A program made the position numbers and the translations under genes. The notes under the pieces are model-generated. The model was not told the DNA's origin, made no database searches, and saw nothing but the letters and a program-made list of their open reading frames with translations. Of a stretch of 64,000 nucleotides of DNA, positions 9,522 to 18,556 are shown piece by piece (position 1 is the first letter of the stretch; the number at the start of each line of letters is the position of its first letter). The stretch covers positions 3,039 to 67,038 of the forward strand of contig PHAZ01000003.1 of NCBI GenBank assembly GCA_002841825.1. Reading direction: 5' to 3'. Source of the stretch: Deltaproteobacteria bacterium HGW-Deltaproteobacteria-22 (GTDB lineage: Bacteria; Myxococcota_A; Polyangia; HGW-17).

Positions 9522-9959
9522 ATGAATCTGAACTATCAACCCCCGAACCATCCCATCGCTGAGATGAACCTCACTCCGCTGGTGGACGTGATGATGGTGC
9601 TGATGATCATCTTCATGGTCACCAGCCCCATCGATCCCACCGGCATCGACCTCACGCTCCCGGACGCGCAGAGCGCCCCGGTGCCGCGCGCGCCAGACAC
9701 GCTGGTGGTGGCCATGGACGCCGAGCTCCGCATCCGCGCGGCCGTCGGCGAGGAGCCTGCGCGGGAGGCCACGCTCGAGACCCTTCCGGCGGTGCTGCAG
9801 AAGCATTTTCCCGGGCGCGTCAAGGCCCACGTGAAGGCGGACCGCTCCCTCACCGTGCAGGACTTCATGACGCTGCTGGTGCGGCTCAACGCCTCCGGCA
9901 TCACCCAGATCGGCATCCTCGCCGAGCCTCTCCCCGAGGAGAAGACCGACCGGCGGTGA
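9522..9959 (+). CDS. ExbD/TolR family protein
   Basis: 145 aa. AEMNLTPLVDVMMVLMIIFMV is the single TM helix with the conserved Asp. The gene starts 15 nt after the TolQ-like gene. Confidence 0.85.
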   Translation: MNLNYQPPNHPIAEMNLTPLVDVMMVLMIIFMVTSPIDPTGIDLTLPDAQSAPVPRAPDTLVVAMDAELRIRAAVGEEPAREATLETLPAVLQKHFPGRVKAHVKADRSLTVQDFMTLLVRLNASGITQIGILAEPLPEEKTDRR

Positions 9960-10065
9960 CGTTTCCGTTGGAAGCGGCACCGGCCTGGCATGAGCCGGGC
10001 GATCCGCAGACCGACCGTCTTCCACCTGTGGTGCCCTGGACGGGCGCCGGATCATCAGGAAACCC

Positions 10066-12435
10066 ATGAAGATCGCTCTGTTCGGCGTGACCACCCATAA
10101 CCTGAAGGACATCGACGTCGAGATCCCCTGGGGGAAGATCACCGCCATCGTCGGGGTGTCGGGCTCGGGCAAGAGCTCCCTGGCCCACGACACGCTCTAT
10201 GTGGAGGGGCAACTGCGGTACCTCGAGACCCTGTCTTTGCGAATGCGCCCCTGGTTCTCCGGCAGGCTGATCCGGCCGCAGGTGCGCTGGGCCTCGGGGC
10301 TCTCCCCCACGGTGCTGGTGTCCCAGAAGTCACAGACCTGGGCCGACGCCACCTGTGTCTCCGACGCGCTGGAGACCTCCCATCACCTGCGTTTCCTTTT
10401 CACGCACCTGGGGATCGTCCGATGTCCGGAATGCGGGCTCGAGGTGCGCGCCTCGGACATCGCCGACGTGGCGGCCTTCTGCGCCGAGCTGCCCTTGGGG
10501 ACGCGCCTGTGGGTGACGGCCCCGTTTTCTCGCGAACTCGACGAGGAACTGCTGCGCGACCTGCTGGAGACCGGCTTCACGCGGGTGTTCGCCGGGGACC
10601 AGGAGTACGATCTCGAGGAGCCCGGGCAGCAGCCGTCCGGGCCGTTCTCGGTCGTGGTGGACCGCGTCGTCACCCGTGAGGGGCAGCAGTCCCGGCTGGC
10701 GGGCTCCGTGGAGCAGGCCTTCCGCATCGCCGGCGGACAGGTGCAGATCCGCACCGCCGAGGGGGTGACCGCCTTCTCGACCCGCCCGCAGTGCACCGGC
10801 TGCGGCCGCGTGTTCGCCCGCAAGACGCCGCGGCTGTTCTCGCGGGATCCCGAGACCGGTGGCGGCTGTCCGTCCTGCGGGGGGAACCGCCTCGTCGAAG
10901 GGCAGGTCTGCGCTGCCTGCGGTGGCAGCGGTCACTCCGACGAACTGGCAGCCTACTCCGTCTCCGGCGTGAGCTGGCCCGCCTGGCAGGAGTTGACCGT
11001 CGACGAGGCGCTGGCCCAGTGCCGCGGTGTCCTGGATGCCCAGGCCGATCCGCACCGGCTCGCGGCGGCCAGCTCCCTGATCGCCCCCATCGAGCGTCGT
11101 CTGCGTTTCCTGGCCGACCTGGATCTGGGCGGTTTGCGGCTTTCTCGTCCGATGAACACCCTCTCCCACGGACAGACCCAGTTCGTCCGCCTCTCGGCCC
11201 ATCTGGCCGGCGAGCTCTCGGGCGTGACGACGATCCTGGACGAGCCGGGGATGGGCCTCGCCCGCGACGAAAAGACCAAACTGAAGGGGATCTTCGAGCG
11301 CCTGATCGATCAGAAGAACACCGTCGTCCTCGTCGAGCATGATCCGGAGTTGATCGCCCTGTGCGATCATGTCATCGAGCTGGGTCCGGGCGCCGGCGAG
11401 CTCGGCGGAGAGGTCCTGTACGCCGGGGACCGTGCAGGTCTTGCCGCCTGCCCGGAGAGCCGGATCTCCCCGTGGCTGATGGATTTTTCAGGCATGCCTC
11501 CCGCCGTCGAGCGACCCGCTCCGGAAGCCATGCTGCGTTTTCCCGAGGTCACGGTGCGTGAGCTCACCTTCGACGAGGTGGCGCTGCCGTTTTCCCGGTG
11601 GACGGTGCTGACCGGTCCGATGGCTTGCGGGAAGTCCACGTTTCTGACCGCGGTCGCCGCCGCCCAGGGGCGCCTCGTGGCGGCCCAGAGGACCCGCAAC
11701 AGTCGGGCCGAAGTCGCCACCGGTGGCGGGTTCTTTCCCGGGGGCGTGAAGATGCTCGATGAACTCTCGTTCCCGCGCACGCCGCACTCCCACGTGGCCT
11801 CGCTGTGCGGCATCTGGGACGTCCTGCGCCGCTGGTACGCCCAGCTGCCCCTGGCCAAAGCCCGCGGCTACGACGCGGCGCGCTTCTCGACCACCCGGGC
11901 CGGCGACGGGCGCTGCCTGCGCTGCTCGGGCACCGGGGAGATCCTGGTGGACACCGGCGGGCTGTCCCAGCTGGCCACGGTCTGTCCGCTGTGCGAGGGC
12001 CGCCGCTACACGCCCCAGACGCTGGAGATCACCTGGCGTGGCTACTCCATCGCCGACGTGCTCGCACACACCGTGCGCGAGGCCCTGGGCCTGTTCTCCC
12101 ACTTCCCCGAGATCTCCTCCCGGCTCACCCTGCTGTCCGAGGTCGGTCTGGAATACCTGCGCCTGGGGCAGCCCTCGCGCTCGCTCTCGGGCGGGGAGAT
12201 GCAGCGCCTCGCGCTGGCGCGGGAATTGGTCTCAAAGCAACCGTCATGCTTCCTGCTCGACGAGCCCCTGGGTGGCCTGCACCCCGACGACGTCGTGCAT
12301 CTGGTGCGCCTGTTCCAGCGCCTGGTCGATCAGGGTCACACGCTGATCACCGTCGATCACACCGGCTGGCTCATCCCCTGCGCGGATCTGCACCTTCGCC
12401 TGCACCGCGCCGGCGACCGCGTCTCGTTCATTTAA
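10066..12435 (+). CDS. UvrA-family ABC ATPase paralogue (short, divergent)
   Basis: 789 aa. N-terminus: GVTTHNLKDIDVEIPWGKITAIVGVSGSGKSSLAHDTLYVEGQLRYLE. Zn modules: CPECG, CTGCG, CPSCGG...CAACGGSG, CLRCSGTG...CPLCEGRRY. Second ATPase: GPMACGKST, LSGGEMQRLALAREL, FLLDEPLGGLH. The first signature is degenerate (LSHGQTQ). Confidence 0.8.
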   Translation: MKIALFGVTTHNLKDIDVEIPWGKITAIVGVSGSGKSSLAHDTLYVEGQLRYLETLSLRMRPWFSGRLIRPQVRWASGLSPTVLVSQKSQTWADATCVSDALETSHHLRFLFTHLGIVRCPECGLEVRASDIADVAAFCAELPLGTRLWVTAPFSRELDEELLRDLLETGFTRVFAGDQEYDLEEPGQQPSGPFSVVVDRVVTREGQQSRLAGSVEQAFRIAGGQVQIRTAEGVTAFSTRPQCTGCGRVFARKTPRLFSRDPETGGGCPSCGGNRLVEGQVCAACGGSGHSDELAAYSVSGVSWPAWQELTVDEALAQCRGVLDAQADPHRLAAASSLIAPIERRLRFLADLDLGGLRLSRPMNTLSHGQTQFVRLSAHLAGELSGVTTILDEPGMGLARDEKTKLKGIFERLIDQKNTVVLVEHDPELIALCDHVIELGPGAGELGGEVLYAGDRAGLAACPESRISPWLMDFSGMPPAVERPAPEAMLRFPEVTVRELTFDEVALPFSRWTVLTGPMACGKSTFLTAVAAAQGRLVAAQRTRNSRAEVATGGGFFPGGVKMLDELSFPRTPHSHVASLCGIWDVLRRWYAQLPLAKARGYDAARFSTTRAGDGRCLRCSGTGEILVDTGGLSQLATVCPLCEGRRYTPQTLEITWRGYSIADVLAHTVREALGLFSHFPEISSRLTLLSEVGLEYLRLGQPSRSLSGGEMQRLALARELVSKQPSCFLLDEPLGGLHPDDVVHLVRLFQRLVDQGHTLITVDHTGWLIPCADLHLRLHRAGDRVSFI

Positions 12436-12442
12436 ACTGAAA

Positions 12443-13837
12443 CTACATCGGCTGCAGCAGGTCGATGTCGGGGCGGGCCTTCTCCAGGATCTCGGCCGCG
12501 AGACGGTTCTGGGTCTCCACGACCTTCACCTCGTCGACGTTCACCAGGCGGCCTTCGGAGACGACCTTCTTTCCGTTGACGAACACGGTATGGGCCCGCG
12601 TGCGCGAGTTGCAGAACAAAAGCGCGGCGACCGGATCCGACAGGGCGCCGGCGTAGGCGATGTCGAGCATGTCGAAGCAGGCCAGATCGGCCAGATACCC
12701 CGGCGCGATGGCCCCCAGCTCGTCGTCCCAGCCCAGCACCTGCGCCGAGCCCCGGGTGGCGATCTCCAGCGCGTCGAGGGCGGACACGGCGCCCACGCCG
12801 TGGGGTCCGATCCGGTGCACGAACAGGGCCAGGCGGGCCTCGGCGAGCATGTCCGAGGCGTCGTTGGAGGCCGACCCATCCACGGCCAGGCCCACGCGGG
12901 CACCCGCGGCGCGCAGATCCACCACGCGGGCGATGCCCGAACCCAGCCGCAGATTGGAGGTGGGGCAGTGCGCCACGCCGGTGTGCGTGCGGCCCAGCAG
13001 GGCGATCTCCTCGTCGTTGAACCAGATGCCGTGGGCATACCACACGTCGTCGCCGACCCAGTCCACGCTCTCCATGTAGGCCAGCGGGCGCTTCCCGAGG
13101 GTCTGGACGCAGAAGTCATCCTCGTCCTGGGTCTCGGCCAGGTGCGTGTGCAGGCGGACCTTGTGCCGGCGGGCCAGGGCCGCGCTCTGGGAGAGCAGCT
13201 CCGAGGTCACCGAGAAGGGCGAGCAGGGCGCCAGCGCCACGCGCAGCATGGCACCGGGCTTCGGATCGTGGCACTTCCGGATGAAGTCTTCCGAGGCGCG
13301 CAGGATCTCGTCCTCGGTCTGGACCACGTCGTCGGGGGGCAGGCCGCCCTTGCTCACCCCGCGCGACATCGAGCCGCGGGTGGGGTAGAAGCGCATGCCG
13401 AGCCCGGCGGCCGCCCGCACCTCGGCGTCGAGGATCTCGTTGCCGTACCCCTTCGGGAACAGATAGTGGTGGTCGGCCGCGCAGGTGCAGCCCGTCAGCA
13501 GCAGCTCGCCCAGGCCCGTGGTCGCGGCCGAGTGCACGGCCTCGGGCGTGATGTGGCGCCAGCCCTGGTACAGGTTGATCAGCCAGTCGAAGAGCTTGAC
13601 GTTCTGCACGCGCGGGACGTTGCGGAACAGGGTCTGGTACAGGTGATGATGCGTGTTGATCATGCCCGGGATCACCACCAGGCGACGGCCGTCGATGACC
13701 TCGTCGGCTTCATCGGCCAGGCCGACGCCCACCTTGGCGACGCGGTTGCCCTCGATGAGGATGTCGGCGTTTTTCAACACGGTTCGGGCGGCGTCCATCG
13801 TGGCCACCGCCATGCAGTTGCGAATCAGCACGGACAT
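12443..13837 (-). CDS. Amidohydrolase of the 8-oxoguanine deaminase / guanine-deaminase-like family
   Basis: Track ORF 12443..14338; ATG 13837 gives MSVLIRNCMAVATMD. Motifs: PGMINTHHHLYQTL, LLLTGCTCAADHHYLFP, ALAPCSPFSVT, VRLHTHLAETQDEDDFC, GVAHCPTSNLRLGSG, GLAVDGSASND. As I remember it, the pattern closely follows the characterised Pseudomonas 8-oxoguanine deaminase. Confidence 0.8.
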   Translation of the reverse strand: MSVLIRNCMAVATMDAARTVLKNADILIEGNRVAKVGVGLADEADEVIDGRRLVVIPGMINTHHHLYQTLFRNVPRVQNVKLFDWLINLYQGWRHITPEAVHSAATTGLGELLLTGCTCAADHHYLFPKGYGNEILDAEVRAAAGLGMRFYPTRGSMSRGVSKGGLPPDDVVQTEDEILRASEDFIRKCHDPKPGAMLRVALAPCSPFSVTSELLSQSAALARRHKVRLHTHLAETQDEDDFCVQTLGKRPLAYMESVDWVGDDVWYAHGIWFNDEEIALLGRTHTGVAHCPTSNLRLGSGIARVVDLRAAGARVGLAVDGSASNDASDMLAEARLALFVHRIGPHGVGAVSALDALEIATRGSAQVLGWDDELGAIAPGYLADLACFDMLDIAYAGALSDPVAALLFCNSRTRAHTVFVNGKKVVSEGRLVNVDEVKVVETQNRLAAEILEKARPDIDLLQPM

Positions 13838-14006
13838 GACGAATCCTTCCGGTTGCAGGTCGGTGCCGCGCATGGGAAACTCCGCATCACGCAAGCACTT
13901 TCTTCGATACAGAAAATACGGGTGACCCACTTTTCCGTCAACGGTTTTTTTCGGTCCCCCGCGTCCGCATTGACACGGAGCCCTCCTCCATGGATAGTAC
14001 CCGGCC

Positions 14007-14315
14007 ATGCTGCTGCGTTTCTTCCGTCGTACCCTGGCCAGGCTCCGTAGCCGATCCGTCGATCCGGCCGAGCGCGATCGCGTCTTCCGGACCGTCGAGG
14101 CTGCCTTCTCCCGCCTCATGCCCGGCTTCACGGGGACCGCCTCCGACGTGCTGGCCCTGTACCGGGACCGTCTGGTCGTGCGCATCGAGTTCCAGGATCC
14201 GTCCGGGGACATCACGCCCCCGCACCGTGCCTGGTTCTCCGTCACCCGCGACACCCTGGTCGCCAGCCGCCTGCCCGATTTCGAAGGAATCAAGTACGAC
14301 GAAATCTGGGAGTAA
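14007..14315 (+). CDS. Hypothetical protein
   Basis: 102-aa ORF with strongly GC-biased third positions. It fills the gap between the divergent amidohydrolase and the NUDIX gene. No recognisable motif. Confidence 0.5.
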   Translation: MLLRFFRRTLARLRSRSVDPAERDRVFRTVEAAFSRLMPGFTGTASDVLALYRDRLVVRIEFQDPSGDITPPHRAWFSVTRDTLVASRLPDFEGIKYDEIWE

Positions 14316-14330
14316 GAAGAGGTTACAGCT

Positions 14331-14891
14331 TTGACCACGGGGAATTTCGTTTACTGCCCGCAATGCGCCACGGCCCTGGTCGAACGTCAGGAGCAAGAGG
14401 ACGGCGGGCTCAAGGTTCGCCTCCGCTGCCCGGCCTGCGACTGGACCCACTGGAACAACCCCACGCCGGTGCTGGCGGCCATCGTGGAGGTGGACGGCAA
14501 GGTCCTGCTGGCGCGCAACGCCGCCTGGACACACCGGAGGTTTGCGCTGATCACCGGCTTCATGGAGGCCGGCGAGTCACCCGAGCAGGGCATCGCCCGC
14601 GAGATCGCCGAGGAGACCAACCTGGTGGCCGACGAGATCACCCTGCTGGCCGTGCACGACTTCCAGCGCCAGAACCAGATCATCATCACCTACCATGCGC
14701 GCTGTCACGGTGAGGTGCGCCTGTCTCCCGAGCTGGCCGAGTACGGCCTGTTTGCGCCCGAAGACGTGAAGTGCTGGCGCTCCGGAACCGGCCTGGCGCT
14801 GGCAGGGTGGCTGCGCAGCCGCGGCCACGAGCCCGAGTTCGTGGAGTTCCCGGCCGCCCCGCCCCCGGAGCCGCCCAGTCAGGGGACTTAA
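14331..14891 (+). CDS. NUDIX hydrolase with N-terminal zinc ribbon (NudC-like architecture)
   Basis: TTG start with GAGG upstream. CPQC...CPAC zinc ribbon, then the Nudix box GFMEAGESPEQGIAREIAEETNL. Confidence 0.8.
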   Translation: MTTGNFVYCPQCATALVERQEQEDGGLKVRLRCPACDWTHWNNPTPVLAAIVEVDGKVLLARNAAWTHRRFALITGFMEAGESPEQGIAREIAEETNLVADEITLLAVHDFQRQNQIIITYHARCHGEVRLSPELAEYGLFAPEDVKCWRSGTGLALAGWLRSRGHEPEFVEFPAAPPPEPPSQGT

Positions 14892-14901
14892 CCGTCATTT
14901 T

Positions 14902-15120
14902 CCGGACACATACGAGATTTCACCGGACAAATACGAGATTTCACCGGACACATACGAGATTTCACCGGACAAATACGAGATTTCGCCGGACAAATACGAG
15001 ATTTCGCCGGACACATACAAGATTTTCCCGGACACATACAAGATTTTCCCGGACACATACGAGATTTTCCCGGACACATACGAGATTTCGCCGGACAATT
15101 ACGAGATTTCACCGGACAGG
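14902..15120. repeat. 21-bp tandem repeat array, 10 full copies plus a partial copy
   Basis: Read directly. The unit CCGGACACATACGAGATTTCA repeats head-to-tail from 14902 to 15111, followed by a 9-bp partial copy. Variants occur at unit positions 8, 9, 13 and 19-21. Neighbouring copies 4=5 and 6=7 are identical. The array lies in the gap between the convergent NUDIX stop (14891) and WG-repeat gene stop (15267). Confidence 0.95.
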
Positions 15121-15266
15121 ACCGTCGTTTTTCTGCAGATCTGACCACGCTTGGGTCTTCCTGCAGATGAACCGTCAGCCGGTGCGTAAATGCACCGAAA
15201 GCCTGAGGAAAGCACAATTTGTGGCAAACTGAGGGCGTGGCGAGAGCCTCGGCATCAATCGTTCCG

Positions 15267-18200
15267 TCATAATACGCGGAGGAGCCCGAACCGGGGTCGC
15301 ACGAGCGTCTTCGCCGTCTGATTGACGAAGGGTTCGATCCAGTCAAAGCGCGGCTTTGCGATGAACTCTCCGGATGGGTTCACCAGACCCCATTTTCCGC
15401 CGCGACAGCGCATCATGGATATGCGCATGCAGTGGCCGCCCTCGTTGATCCGGGCCACGCCTTCCCGGAAACGGGAGATGAAGCCGTAGTTCAGCGGCAA
15501 CAGGGTCTTTCCTCCGACCTGGACCAGCCCCCAGGTGCCGAAGGCGCGGTCCGGATCGGAGGGATCCATCCGCATGACCCGTGCGGCTCCTTCCTGTGGC
15601 GTGCATACCTGATCGTACTGCACCGGGACGAGGATCCGACCCTGGAGATCCACCAGGCCGATCTTTCCTGCATCATCCACGACGGCGAGGGTGCCCGCAT
15701 CGAAGAGACCGGGTCTTCTGCAGTCCGAATCCTGCTGTGGGTATTCTTCGAAGGAACGATTTCCAAATTTGAATCGGCGGTATTTCGGTGCGATGACGGT
15801 CCTTCCGGTGAAGTCCAGCAGGGACATCCGATCGCAGACCGGATCCTGGTTTGTGATTCTGCAGGAGACCCCGACGGCCGCCCAGGGGCCGAAAATCGCG
15901 AACAGCGCATCGAATGACGGTGGAATCAGCATCCCCCGCGATGGGCTGAAGAGTCCCCATTTTCCACCCTTGCATTCCGGTTCTTCCCTGTCGATCTTTT
16001 TCCAGATGCAACCTGAATTGACCCAGTAGGTCCCGGCGAAAAAGGGTCGCACGGCGTCAAAGGCCGGTCCCCGTTCTTCCTTCTTCCGGGCGTCGACCAT
16101 CCGGAACTTCGTCTGGTATGCCCTGGTCATTGGTGGATTGGCCGGTGGGAGGCCGTCGGTCCGCTCCACTTCCCACGTAGCCATCACGTCCTTTTCAGCG
16201 GCGCCCTCCGAAAACAGGACCTGCCCCTCAGGAGAGAGGACGCCGAAGCGATTCCGGGCACAGGTCTTTTGCGGAAGGCCGCAGGATTCGGCGAAGAGGA
16301 TATGGCCGTCAGCGGCGGGTTCGAGGGCGGCATAGGAGCCGGGGAGGTCGGAGAGCGGTTCCAGTTTCTTCAGTTTCCAGTTCGCCTTGGACATGTCCCC
16401 GCAGCCGGACGCGCACAGGCCGATAAGACCTTCACCGAGCCTGCGGATCTCCTGGTATTTCAAGGGCAGGGCGAATCGGCCGGTCGGATCCGTCACGCCC
16501 ATCTTTCCTTCACGTGTCACCCTCAGCAAATGGTCGTTGAGCGGCAGGATCTCCGAAAAAACCGGGGCCAGGACGACCGGTCCCCGCGTGTCGACCAGAC
16601 CCATCTTTTCCTCTTTTTTCACGATCCAGAGGGTTTCATGCCAGGGTGTGATCTCCTGATAATTCATTGGAATGAGGAACCGCCCAAGAAGATCGATCAG
16701 ACCCGTCTTGCCGCCTTTTTCAACGAGGATCTCCTTGAGGCCATGAAATTCGTATTTGTCGCATTCGTTAATGAACATGTAGACTTTTGCCAGTTCACGA
16801 TCGGATGGCCTGGAATCCCAGTAAGCGGGTTCGGCCTCCTCTTGAAAAAATGGCCTGTGGTCAAAAAATGGAAGAAAGTTGACCGGAAAAGCTCCATCAC
16901 GCCGCAGCCATTCTCGGTTCTTTTTTTCCAGTTCGGGATCCTGTTCCGTTTCATCTGGTGACTGGTCGGCATCAGCGGCCAATGCGTCTTCGTCTGGAGC
17001 CTCTCCGGCCGGAGTCTTCTGTGGAGGGCTGTCAGGGCGGTACTCTCCGGCTGTGGTGATCGTCCCCGTCTCTCCGAAGGTCTGATGGAAGAACAGGGTG
17101 CGTCCGCGGGAGTCGCGGTCCAGTTGGACCTCACAGAGCCGTGAGAAGACACGTCCGGCGGCCATGATCGGAGCCACGATCTGTCGTCCGTCGGCATCCA
17201 TGAACCCCCATAGTTTTCCATTGCGGACCGGTGCGAGCCGGCCGTTGAAGTCCCCCACCTGATCCACTCCGGAAAGATGCAGGGTGACTCCCGCAGCGTT
17301 TTTGCAGAAAATCCGACCGTCCCCGGACCGGACCACCGTTTCGCAGGCGCTGCCTCGGGGACCGTGGATCGGGAACACGGGATCATACCGGTTACAGTGT
17401 CCATAATAATTGAAGTCGTCATCGTTGCCCGGGCGGGTCGCCCGTTTGGCGTCAGGGACCTTGCCGGTCATCAGGCGGTTCTTCTGGACTTCGAACAGCG
17501 CCAGATCGCTGGTCAGCGGCACCCGGATGCGGCCGTCGGGGCCGGTCAGGCCGCACGCCTTTCTGCAGGCACCCAAGGCATCGCAAATGGTATTGCAGAA
17601 CATGAAATGGCCGCGGGCAAGCTCCACGATTTCTTTCTGTTCGGGAGGCAGCACCCATTTTCCCTGCAGATCCAGCAGTCCCCATTTTCCGCCATTGCAT
17701 TCATGATCGCAACAGTTGACGACTTGATCGTGGCAGCCGATCTGAACGGTGGCGAATCCACCCGAGTAGGCGTCGCAGTGGTCCACCGCCGGGGTCTTCA
17801 CCCACTTTCCAAGTTGATCGACATAGCCCCACTTGCCGCCGGAGACGTAATCGAAACTAAATGGATTATCTGATGCTTTCCCCCCCACGTTCACACAGGC
17901 CCTGCCCTCGGAGAAGTCGCGGCCTCCGGCGAACTGTGGTGCGATCACGATCCGCCCGGAGAGGTCGAGATACCCGGTCTTGTCATCACGAACGAAACGG
18001 ACGCGCCCCTCGGCGGGATCGGACAGTGCCTGATGAACGGCCGGGATCAGGACACGGCCGTTTCCGTCGAGCAGACCGTGCCGGCCACCCCAGATACCGA
18101 TGAGCGACCAGAAACGGCCGTTGACGGTTCGAAACCACGCAGTGGATCCCTTTCCGGATGTCCGGCGGACTTCATGGTACTTCAGCGGGACCACCTGGAC

Positions 18201-18446
18201 GCCGTCGATGCCCAGGCGACCTTCGAACGTATCCGAAAAGATGGAGAAATGACCGGCTTCCCATCGATTGGAGGCCACCGCTGTGAACGCCGCTGGTTCC
18301 ACCAGGACCGAACCCCGGATCGATACATCGGTCGTGTTTTTCGATGGCTTTTCCTTGTTGTTTTTCTGTGTTTCCGGTTTGACGGGATGACAGGAGAGCC
18401 ACATGCAGGGGAGGATGGCCAGAAAACAACTGCGGAAGAAGGTCAT
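15267..18446 (-). CDS. Large WG-repeat (KWG) lipoprotein
   Basis: Track ORF 15267..18491. ATG 18446 gives MTFFRSCFLAILPCMWLSC (lipobox). There are many WG-type repeats: GKWGYVDQLGKWV, GKWGLLDLQGKWVLPP, GKMGVTDPTGRFALPLKYQEI, GKIGLVDLQGRILVPVQYDQV, GKWGLVNPSGEFIAKPRFDWI. GC is visibly lower than in the neighbours. Confidence 0.8.
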   Translation of the reverse strand: MTFFRSCFLAILPCMWLSCHPVKPETQKNNKEKPSKNTTDVSIRGSVLVEPAAFTAVASNRWEAGHFSIFSDTFEGRLGIDGVQVVPLKYHEVRRTSGKGSTAWFRTVNGRFWSLIGIWGGRHGLLDGNGRVLIPAVHQALSDPAEGRVRFVRDDKTGYLDLSGRIVIAPQFAGGRDFSEGRACVNVGGKASDNPFSFDYVSGGKWGYVDQLGKWVKTPAVDHCDAYSGGFATVQIGCHDQVVNCCDHECNGGKWGLLDLQGKWVLPPEQKEIVELARGHFMFCNTICDALGACRKACGLTGPDGRIRVPLTSDLALFEVQKNRLMTGKVPDAKRATRPGNDDDFNYYGHCNRYDPVFPIHGPRGSACETVVRSGDGRIFCKNAAGVTLHLSGVDQVGDFNGRLAPVRNGKLWGFMDADGRQIVAPIMAAGRVFSRLCEVQLDRDSRGRTLFFHQTFGETGTITTAGEYRPDSPPQKTPAGEAPDEDALAADADQSPDETEQDPELEKKNREWLRRDGAFPVNFLPFFDHRPFFQEEAEPAYWDSRPSDRELAKVYMFINECDKYEFHGLKEILVEKGGKTGLIDLLGRFLIPMNYQEITPWHETLWIVKKEEKMGLVDTRGPVVLAPVFSEILPLNDHLLRVTREGKMGVTDPTGRFALPLKYQEIRRLGEGLIGLCASGCGDMSKANWKLKKLEPLSDLPGSYAALEPAADGHILFAESCGLPQKTCARNRFGVLSPEGQVLFSEGAAEKDVMATWEVERTDGLPPANPPMTRAYQTKFRMVDARKKEERGPAFDAVRPFFAGTYWVNSGCIWKKIDREEPECKGGKWGLFSPSRGMLIPPSFDALFAIFGPWAAVGVSCRITNQDPVCDRMSLLDFTGRTVIAPKYRRFKFGNRSFEEYPQQDSDCRRPGLFDAGTLAVVDDAGKIGLVDLQGRILVPVQYDQVCTPQEGAARVMRMDPSDPDRAFGTWGLVQVGGKTLLPLNYGFISRFREGVARINEGGHCMRISMMRCRGGKWGLVNPSGEFIAKPRFDWIEPFVNQTAKTLVRPRFGLLRVL

Positions 18447-18556
18447 CGGATGATTTCTCCAATCCTGACACTCTTTCAAAAATGGTTTCAATTGTCCAGT
18501 GCAAAATATACGTTCCTGAAGGTCAGGAAAAACGCGTTGGACGATGGAGGGGGCTT

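Noticed and set aside
8800-9959. Zorya-type (MotAB-like) anti-phage system or a canonical Tol-Pal operon
   Set aside because: The proteins are normal-sized TolQ/ExbD, not the large ZorA/ZorB, and there are no ZorC/D-like genes. There is also no tolA, tolB or pal next to the pair.
14771-15346. Three ORFs (14771..15232 +, 14888..15346 -, 14895..15098 -) with heptapeptide repeats (HTRFHRT..., SGEISYV..., CPVKSRM...), and the possibility of a CRISPR array
   Set aside because: The ORFs exist only because a 21-bp (7-codon) repeat lacks stops in several frames, and their flanks have no start context or codon bias. The array is not CRISPR because the repeats abut directly with no spacers.
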